The position numbers were made by a program, and so were the translations under genes. A stretch of 64,000 bases of DNA, taken from assembly GCA_038244765.1 (NCBI GenBank), contig JBBRTC010000003.1:1332-65331 (forward strand), read 5' to 3'. The notes beneath the pieces are model-generated. The model made no database searches, was not told where the DNA came from, and saw nothing but the letters and a program-made list of their open reading frames with translations. Every line of letters starts with the position of its first letter. Position 1 is the stretch's first letter. Below are positions 56,885 to 64,000 of this stretch, in pieces. The DNA comes from Candidatus Nanopelagicales bacterium. GTDB lineage: Bacteria > Actinomycetota > Actinomycetes > S36-B12 > JBBRLC01.

Positions 56885-59800
56885 GATCGAAGTGGGAGAC
56901 CGGCACGGGTCGCCCGTAGAGCCAGCCTTGAGCCCAGTCGCAGCCCATCGCGGTCACGGCGTCGGCCTGCCCCTGCGTTTCGACGCCTTCAGCCACCACG
57001 AGTAGCCCCAGATCGTGGGCAACCTGGACCACAGCGCCCACGATGGCGGTGTCGTCGCTGTCGTCGACCACACCGGCGACGAAGGAACGGTCGATCTTGA
57101 TGATGTCCGCGGGAAGGCTTTTCAGCCGCGTCAAACTTGAATAGCCCGTACCGAAGTCATCGATAGCCACGTGAACGCCGCGATCTCGCAGTGACTTCAA
57201 CGTCTTATACGCCGGGTCCAACTCATCGACGACGGCTTGCTCAGTTACTTCCAATGTCAATCGAGCTGGGTCGACACCGGTGCCCGCGCAGATCGAAAGG
57301 ACTTGCTCGGCGAAGTCGGCGAGCCGCAACTGGCGCGGGCTAACGTTGACCGAGACGCCGATCTCCGCGCCAGCCTCCAACCAACCACTGAGATCAAACA
57401 TGGCTCGGCGCAGCACCGATCCGCCAATGGGGACGACCAGTCCGGTCGACTCGGCGACATCAATGAATGAGGCCGGGTAGAGCAGGTCACCTGTTTCTGG
57501 CTGGATCCGGACCAGGGCTTCGGCATCGACGACGTCACCCGTCCCGAGGTTCACAATCGGTTGGTAGTGAACGATCAGCCCGGTTCCCGCCACTGCCTGG
57601 CGCATCTCGGTTTGGATGGCGACCGATGCGCTGACACGTTCTTCCAGTTCATCGTGGTAGAAGTCGGCGCGGTTTCGTCCTTGTGCTTTGGCTCGGTACA
57701 TCGCGAGGTCCGCGCGACGCAACAAGTCCTCGGCGCGAATGGTGGAGTCGCGTGTCGTCGCGATTCCGATGCTCATGGTCGGCAGGAAGACTCGCCCGTC
57801 GCACTCCCAGGGCGTCGAGAGCGCAATTTGGGCGCGATCCGCAATAACGCGTGCCTCAGCGTCGTCGTGCAACTTTTCACACACGATCACAAATTCGTCG
57901 CCACCGTGTCGCGACACTGTGTCTTCGGGTCGCACTGCGTGCCGCAGACGTACGGCGACCTCCTCCAGCAACAGGTCGCCAGCACCGTGACCGAGCGTGT
58001 CGTTGACTTCTTTGAAGTTGTCCAAGTCGACGAAGAGCACCGCAACGGCGCCTTGAGCCCGAGCGAGACGTCGAATGGCTGCATCCAATCGATCGACGAG
58101 TGCATGGCGGTTCAACAACCCCGTCACTGCGTCATAGAGAGCCTGCTTTGTCAGCGTCGCTTCGGCATCGCGGCGCGCTGTGACGTCTTCGACCTGAATC
58201 ACGATGTCAAAAAGGCCGTCGTCGTCGTTGACGCCGAGGGCAGCGAGTCCGAGCCGCACCCAAGCCTCACGCCCATCGCCACGCATCAAACGAATCTCGC
58301 GTTGACGAACTGCATCGGCGGACGCCCGCTGCGGATCACTGATCGCTTCGGTCGGCTCCGCGAGCGCCAACATCGCGTTGCTGATGATGAAACCTCGATC
58401 ATTTGGGTGCAGCAAACTGGTCAAGTCAGCCGCCGCTAGTTCGACCGGCTCGAGGCCGACGAGTCGACACATCGCAAGATTCGCGTCACGTAGCATCAAG
58501 ATCCCTCGCTGAGAAATCCCCACCCGCGCGGTTGCCACCGGTGACCGGTCGAACATCGCGCGCATCATGCGCTCACTTGCCGCAATTTGCGCTTGATCCT
58601 TTTTGCGGCCGGTGATGTCGGTCGACATCCCACCGATGCCGACGATTCGCCCGGAGCCATTGCGCACCGGAAAGCGAGTCGACAAGAAGGTCTTCAACTC
58701 GCCCTCGCTATCGACGGTGACGTCTTCTTGAGTGATCACGTCGTCGTACTGCATGACTTCGTAATCCATGGCGCGGAATTGCTCGGCTCGCTCGACTCCG
58801 AAGATTTCATCGTCGCGCCTTCCTTCGTGAACCAGGCCATGAGTTCCATGGGTTCGCACGAAGGTGTGGTTCGCGAGCACGTAGCGGCCGTATCCCTCAA
58901 GGTCGTCGTAACTCTTCACATATACAAGAGCCTCAGTGGTATCGAGAACGAGATTCATCAGGCGGATCGCTGTTTGGGCGTTATCCGCGACGCGGCGGCG
59001 CTCTTCCACCAGCACCGTGATTGCCAGGGCAGTCAGTGTCCCGATGCAGAGGAACTCCTGAAGAGTCGCAATTTGGCGACCGGATTCTGCAGATATCAGG
59101 GTGTACGGCCCCAGCCCGGCCAACGTGAAACTCACACTTGTCACCGCCATCACGGCCATGACCGGCGTGATCGAGCCCGCACCAAACTTGACTCCCAGCC
59201 ACACCAGCAAAACCAGAATCAGATACGGCAGGCCCACGATGCCGGTGCTAAATCGAGCCGGTGCCTCGAAGATTGCGGTGATGAGTGCGCAGAGAAGAAC
59301 CACCACGACGGTCAATTCCAGCCGACGCTTCCACGTCCCCAGGATGGGTCGGTCCAATCGCAGCACCAACGCCCCGATACAGACGAGCGCGATGAGATCT
59401 CCGTTTGTCCATGACCTCCAGACCCGAATGAATTGGCTGCCACCATCGGTGGTCACCGACCACGAACCAAGTACCCCCGCAGCGAACGTCGCAATCAGCG
59501 CCGCCACGGTGAACCACAACACGTCGCGGGCTCGATCTATCGACGTGGCGGAACGCCACTTGAGAATCGCTGCGAACACCACCGCTTCAATGACGTTGAT
59601 AACGCCGAACATCAAGGCGACAACGAGGGTGGAACCGGCGTGCAGGTCAACGAGTGTTTCGGCAACAACGATCGCACCCATGAGCGGCAGCCACATGCGC
59701 ATGCGAGACAGGGCAAGGACCGGGCCGGCTAGTCCGACCGGGATCCATAAGGATGAGGATCCGTCGGCCACACCGGTAAGGGGTTGAGCCAGCAGCGCGA

Positions 59801-60011
59801 GGGCGATATACGCGACGGTGAAGCACAGCACTCCGAGTGCTCGACGGCCCGGCTGGCTGGATCGATCGATGAAGTCGGCGAGCGCGCGGATTCGAATGAA
59901 CTCGCGTGGAGCGGCCACCTCTAACCCGGGCGAGGACAAGTTCGACCCGCCTCCTGACTCCCCCGCGGGGAAAAGAAAGAGAACGCCGTTGGTGCAGGCT
60001 AGGGGTCGCAC
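56835..60011 (-). CDS. Membrane sensor, MASE1-like / PAS / PAS / GGDEF / EAL (c-di-GMP turnover); start uncertain
   Basis: About 8 N-terminal TM helices; intact GGDEF (RHGGDEFVIV) and EAL (VDAEALVRIQ...DDFGTGYSSL...KIDRSF). Confidence 0.85.
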   Translation of the reverse strand: MRPLACTNGVLFLFPAGESGGGSNLSSPGLEVAAPREFIRIRALADFIDRSSQPGRRALGVLCFTVAYIALALLAQPLTGVADGSSSLWIPVGLAGPVLALSRMRMWLPLMGAIVVAETLVDLHAGSTLVVALMFGVINVIEAVVFAAILKWRSATSIDRARDVLWFTVAALIATFAAGVLGSWSVTTDGGSQFIRVWRSWTNGDLIALVCIGALVLRLDRPILGTWKRRLELTVVVVLLCALITAIFEAPARFSTGIVGLPYLILVLLVWLGVKFGAGSITPVMAVMAVTSVSFTLAGLGPYTLISAESGRQIATLQEFLCIGTLTALAITVLVEERRRVADNAQTAIRLMNLVLDTTEALVYVKSYDDLEGYGRYVLANHTFVRTHGTHGLVHEGRRDDEIFGVERAEQFRAMDYEVMQYDDVITQEDVTVDSEGELKTFLSTRFPVRNGSGRIVGIGGMSTDITGRKKDQAQIAASERMMRAMFDRSPVATARVGISQRGILMLRDANLAMCRLVGLEPVELAAADLTSLLHPNDRGFIISNAMLALAEPTEAISDPQRASADAVRQREIRLMRGDGREAWVRLGLAALGVNDDDGLFDIVIQVEDVTARRDAEATLTKQALYDAVTGLLNRHALVDRLDAAIRRLARAQGAVAVLFVDLDNFKEVNDTLGHGAGDLLLEEVAVRLRHAVRPEDTVSRHGGDEFVIVCEKLHDDAEARVIADRAQIALSTPWECDGRVFLPTMSIGIATTRDSTIRAEDLLRRADLAMYRAKAQGRNRADFYHDELEERVSASVAIQTEMRQAVAGTGLIVHYQPIVNLGTGDVVDAEALVRIQPETGDLLYPASFIDVAESTGLVVPIGGSVLRRAMFDLSGWLEAGAEIGVSVNVSPRQLRLADFAEQVLSICAGTGVDPARLTLEVTEQAVVDELDPAYKTLKSLRDRGVHVAIDDFGTGYSSLTRLKSLPADIIKIDRSFVAGVVDDSDDTAIVGAVVQVAHDLGLLVVAEGVETQGQADAVTAMGCDWAQGWLYGRPVPVSHFDLTAAALSIPVVGTATH

Positions 60012-60146
60012 GTTCCGGATGCGTGTTGGCGCGCGGTCGCTCCGGCGTTTGTGTACGCGCTAGGTGAGTGCTGGCCACCCTGCGTGACCCTCGGTCACCC
60101 TTGCGGCCGTCGTAGCGCGGCACGCTGAACGCGTACCGTCACCAGA

Positions 60147-61022
60147 GTGCTGGGCGACCGCGTGACCCGCGCTCATCGGACGATCGTTCTTGCGATCACT
60201 GTGCTCGACGATGTCGATATTCGACTCGACGAGTTCGGTCCGGTGCTGCCACCTGTACGACCCGGGGGGAACCCGCTCTGCGTGGGCTGGAACGAGGTCA
60301 CCGAAGCCATCGGAATCGCTGCCCCAGACGGCGACCTCGCGCGCGATCGGGTCCGACGTTGGTTTGCGATTCGGCAAGCGCTTGGGATGCTTTCGGGTCG
60401 GCGCGCGATGCGCCGCTTGCGTCCACTTGCTTTGCCGGTTTCTCACATCTTGCATCCCGGTCCGTCGTGGCCCTATCGCCGCGTGCTGGGTGGTGCACTC
60501 GACGTCGGGCTGGGCATCTCGCTAGAACGCCACGGCTCTCAACCCGCCGATCCGCTGAGTTTCGTTCCTGTCCCGCGCGGACTTACTCGCGCCGCGGGAA
60601 TCGATGTGCCCCAAGTGATGGCACACGCCGAAGCGCACCTGCGCGCGATGGCTCGGCTGGCGGCTATTCGAGTACGGCTTGCCCCCTTCGCACCGCTCCG
60701 ACCGCTCGGTGATTGCGATGTACTCACTTTGCTTTCCGTCCCACAGTTTCGCAGCGCATTGCTGACGTGGGACCGCACTGGAATGCGTACGGCCGCAGTT
60801 CCGATGCGCTCACGCGGTTGGCTCGATCTGGGTCGCGTTGACCCGGCGTTTGCGTTGGCAGCGGCGGCTGCGACGGGGCCGATCGAACGGGGGTTCGCCC
60901 GACCAATCTTGATTACTCGCGAGGAGATCGCACTAGCTCGCCCGGGAGGCAAAGCGGTCCTGCACGCCCTCGCAGATCCGTCGGCGTCAGATCCGTGGGA
61001 ACAGGTCTCGCGTCAAGCTTGA
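60147..61022 (+). CDS. Hypothetical protein (no recognisable motif)
   Basis: 291-aa ORF with a coding-like third-position GC bias in my reading. 3' end overlaps the dxs 3' end by 10 nt. Confidence 0.5.
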   Translation: MLGDRVTRAHRTIVLAITVLDDVDIRLDEFGPVLPPVRPGGNPLCVGWNEVTEAIGIAAPDGDLARDRVRRWFAIRQALGMLSGRRAMRRLRPLALPVSHILHPGPSWPYRRVLGGALDVGLGISLERHGSQPADPLSFVPVPRGLTRAAGIDVPQVMAHAEAHLRAMARLAAIRVRLAPFAPLRPLGDCDVLTLLSVPQFRSALLTWDRTGMRTAAVPMRSRGWLDLGRVDPAFALAAAAATGPIERGFARPILITREEIALARPGGKAVLHALADPSASDPWEQVSRQA

Positions 61023-62941
61023 TCGCGCGACCAGGGCGACGTGGGTTGGCCACTCGTCGGGGTCGCATCATCCATCTGGGCCATCTTCTCAACGACCTTG
61101 CGAGCCACGTCTTGGCCGGTTAAACCGACGCGCTCCAACACCTGCGCCCGGAGACCTTGATCGAGGAATTTTGGCGGCACACCAAAGTCTCGGACCGGTA
61201 CGTCGACGTCTGCGTCGCGCAAGGCCTGGGCAACCGCACTGCCGACTCCTCCCGCGCGTACACCGTCTTCAATCGTGACGACCAGTCGATGCCGGCGTGC
61301 TAGTTCGACGACACCAGCAGGCACGGGCAACACCCAACCCGGGTCGACCACAGTGGCGCCGACGCCTTGCGATTCAAGTCGGCTGGCGGCGTCGAGGGCG
61401 ATTTGGGCCATCGCCCCGACGGCCACGATTAATACGTCGTCGGCGCCCGTGCGGGCCAACACATCGATGCCGGCAACCCGATCGATCGCGGGTATCTCCA
61501 CGGTCACAGCACCGCGAGGGAATCGCACCACCGTCGGCGCATCGTTGACCGCAACCGCTTCGCTGAGCAACTGGGTCAGCGTGGCAGCGTCGCGCGGTGC
61601 CGCCAATCGAAGTCCCGGCACGATCTGCAGCAGGGCGAGATCCCACACTCCGTTGTGACTTGGTCCGTCCTCCCCGGTCACACCCGCACGATCGAGCACG
61701 AATGTCACACCCGCGTGATGCAGCGCACAGTCCAACAGCACCTGGTCAAAGGCGCGATTGAGGAACGTGGAGTAGACCGCGACGACGGGATGCATGCCGG
61801 CGTAGGCCAGGCCCGCCGCGCTCGTGACCGCATGCGCCTCCGCGATCCCGACGTCGTACATGCGGTCAGGGAAAGCGGTGGCAAAACGGTCGAGCCCAGT
61901 CGGACCGGTCATGGCAGCAGTAATGGCCACGACGTCCTTTCGCTGGTTGCCGATCGCGACGAGTGCATCAGAAAACACCGATGTCCAGGTGAGCGCCCCA
62001 CCACGAAGGGGTCGACCCGCGTCGGGGTCGATGATTCCCACGCTGTGGAATCGATCGGCTTCATCGGCCTCCGCCGGCGCGTAGCCACGACCCTTCTGGG
62101 TCAGCACATGCACGATCACTGGGCCACCGAAATCGCGAGCCCGGCTTAATGCGTGTTCGAGTTCGTTGAAGTCGTGCCCACCCACCGGGCCGATGTACTT
62201 CAGCCCGAGATCCTCGAACATCCCCTGCGGCGCGACGATGTCCTTGATGCCCTTCTTGACCCCATGCAACGCTTCAAAAACCGGAACTCCGACGACGGGC
62301 GTACGGCCAAGTGCGCGTTTGCCCCACTCAAGGAATCGTTCGTAGCCGCGGGTCGTCCGCAACGTCGAGAGGTGATGAGCCACCCCACCGACGGTGGGTG
62401 AATAGGAGCGTTCATTGTCGTTGACGACGATCACGACAGGCCGCTTCGATGCCGCAATGTTGTTCAGTGCTTCCCACGACATTCCGCCGGTGAGTGCCCC
62501 GTCACCGACGACCGCCACCACGTGACGCCGCAACCCGAGTCCACGTTGCTCAAAGGCCTTGGCAATTCCATCGGCGTAGGACAGCGCCGTCGACGCGTGC
62601 GAGTTTTCGATGACGTCCGAGGGCGACTCGGCCCTACTCGGGTATCCCGACAATCCGCCCTGCTGGCGCAGACTGTCGAAGTCGTCGCGACGCCCGGTCA
62701 CGATCTTGTGCACGTACGCCTGATGGCCGGTGTCCCACAAGACGACGTCACCCGGAGACTCAAAGGTGCGGTGCAGAGCAATGGTGAGTTCGACGACGCC
62801 CAAATTGGGTCCTAGGTGCCCGCCGGTCGCCGAGACCTTCTCCACCAGGAAATCGCGAATCTCTTTCGCCAACTGGGGCAACTGGTCCGCGGGGAGCCGC
62901 TTGAGATCAGCCGGTGAGTTCACCGTGGGGAGAAGGAGCAC
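61013..62941 (-). CDS. dxs: 1-deoxy-D-xylulose-5-phosphate synthase
   Basis: [18 protein letters not shown], ThDP motif [16 protein letters not shown], 642 aa. Confidence 0.95.
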   Translation of the reverse strand: MLLLPTVNSPADLKRLPADQLPQLAKEIRDFLVEKVSATGGHLGPNLGVVELTIALHRTFESPGDVVLWDTGHQAYVHKIVTGRRDDFDSLRQQGGLSGYPSRAESPSDVIENSHASTALSYADGIAKAFEQRGLGLRRHVVAVVGDGALTGGMSWEALNNIAASKRPVVIVVNDNERSYSPTVGGVAHHLSTLRTTRGYERFLEWGKRALGRTPVVGVPVFEALHGVKKGIKDIVAPQGMFEDLGLKYIGPVGGHDFNELEHALSRARDFGGPVIVHVLTQKGRGYAPAEADEADRFHSVGIIDPDAGRPLRGGALTWTSVFSDALVAIGNQRKDVVAITAAMTGPTGLDRFATAFPDRMYDVGIAEAHAVTSAAGLAYAGMHPVVAVYSTFLNRAFDQVLLDCALHHAGVTFVLDRAGVTGEDGPSHNGVWDLALLQIVPGLRLAAPRDAATLTQLLSEAVAVNDAPTVVRFPRGAVTVEIPAIDRVAGIDVLARTGADDVLIVAVGAMAQIALDAASRLESQGVGATVVDPGWVLPVPAGVVELARRHRLVVTIEDGVRAGGVGSAVAQALRDADVDVPVRDFGVPPKFLDQGLRAQVLERVGLTGQDVARKVVEKMAQMDDATPTSGQPTSPWSRDQA

Positions 62942-63006
62942 GCAAGAAGTCTAAATGCCTGCGACGGTTCCGCACCCCAACACCTCGTCAACGAGCCAGC
63001 CTTGCG

Positions 63007-64000
63007 TTACTCGACCAGGGACCGGAGAACGTACTGAAGGATTCCGCCGTTGCGGAAGTACTCGGCTTCACCGGGGGTGTCGATCCGGACGAGGGCATTG
63101 AAGCTGAGGGTGGTCCCATCGGCCCGGACCACATCGACCGCCACTGTGTTGGGAGTGACCCCCTCGTTGAGCGCCACGATCCCTGTCACGGAGAAAGTCT
63201 CGGTGCCGGTGAGGCCGAGAGACTCCGCTGTGCTCCCCGGCGCGTACTGCAACGGCAGTACCCCCATCCCAATCAGGTTGGACCGGTGGATTCGCTCGTA
63301 GGACTCGGCGATGACAGCGCGTACGCCGAGCAGCGCAGTGCCCTTGGCGGCCCAGTCGCGAGACGACCCGGAGCCGTACTCCTTGCCCGCCAGGATGATG
63401 AGCGGGATTCCCGCAGCGGCGTACGTCTGGGCGGCGTCGTAGATGGTGGTCTGGGGAGCACCCTGGGCAGTGAAGTCGGCTGTGAATCCGCCTTCGACGC
63501 CGGGGACGAGTTGGTTGCGCAGGCGAATGTTGGCGAACGTCCCGCGAATCATGACCTCGTGATTGCCGCGACGCGATCCGTAGGAATTGAAGTCGGTACG
63601 CGCGATTCCATGTGCGGCGAGGTAGTGACCCGCCGGACTGTCCGCCTTAATCGATCCCGCGGGCGAAATGTGGTCGGTCGTGACGGAATCACCGAGCTTG
63701 GCCAGCACGCGCGCACCCGACACATCCGTGACCGGTGTTGGCGTCATGCCCATTCCCTCGAAATACGGCGGCTTGCGCACGTACGTCGACTCCGGCGACC
63801 AGGCGAACGTGTCCCCTGTCGGGGTCGGCAGGTTCTGCCAACGCTCATCGCCGGCAAACACGTCGGCGTACCTCGAGGTGAACATCTGCGGGTCGATACA
63901 GGAATCGATCGTGGTTTCGATCTCAGCGGGCGTGGGCCAAATGTCGCGCAGATAGACCGGGGCACCATCGCTGCCCGCACCCAAAGGCTCCGTGGTGATG
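63007..64000 (-). CDS. acn: Aconitate hydratase, C-terminal part (5' end beyond window end)
   Basis: [47 protein letters not shown] is the classic aconitase swivel domain. The frame stays open to the window edge. Confidence 0.93.
   Translation of the reverse strand, partial: ITTEPLGAGSDGAPVYLRDIWPTPAEIETTIDSCIDPQMFTSRYADVFAGDERWQNLPTPTGDTFAWSPESTYVRKPPYFEGMGMTPTPVTDVSGARVLAKLGDSVTTDHISPAGSIKADSPAGHYLAAHGIARTDFNSYGSRRGNHEVMIRGTFANIRLRNQLVPGVEGGFTADFTAQGAPQTTIYDAAQTYAAAGIPLIILAGKEYGSGSSRDWAAKGTALLGVRAVIAESYERIHRSNLIGMGVLPLQYAPGSTAESLGLTGTETFSVTGIVALNEGVTPNTVAVDVVRADGTTLSFNALVRIDTPGEAEYFRNGGILQYVLRSLVE

Overview
High-GC actinobacterial chromosomal segment, almost entirely coding: about 60 CDS and 4 tRNAs. 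I saw no rRNA, CRISPR array, transposase, integrase or phage gene. From memory, gene order matches two mycobacterial core blocks: ruvCAB-yebC-pdxT/pdxS ... pimA-patA-pgsA1-HIT-thrS (Rv2592c-Rv2614c), and hemQ-hemY-hemE / DUF3000 / RNase D / dxs (Rv2676c-Rv2682c). Accessory material sits between them. All product calls come from reading the supplied translations for motifs and family resemblance; no database search was run. Start codons are often uncertain because the ORF track reports the longest GTG/TTG/ATG-initiated frame. Where I moved a start, I used internal starts, 4-nt stop/start overlaps or RBS-like sequences. Main leads: (1) an uncharacterised, tightly coupled three-gene operon next to a tRNA-Gly/Cys/Val cluster (20.8-23.8 kb). 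It encodes an ACAD-fold flavoprotein without the MCAD-type catalytic Glu, a leaderless PhnD-type binding protein, and a radical SAM enzyme with an N-terminal extension and no SPASM-type Cys cluster. (2) An ~11 kb block (24.2-35.2 kb) that looks about 10 GC points richer than its flanks. It carries a 5-gene translationally coupled DoxX / GT-C / GT2 / DUF2064 / epimerase envelope-glycosylation operon plus a lipase, a LolA-like/ABC module and a beta-propeller lipoprotein. (3) Two copies of a ~64-nt palindromic intergenic element, in which each strand of each copy carries a 15-codon ATG...TGA mini-ORF. (4) A compact ureohydrolase-PabB-PabC-GNAT-FAD operon. (5) A stand-alone LigC and a Prim-Pol (LigD polymerase domain) gene separated by a sugar-uptake operon, with no Ku.
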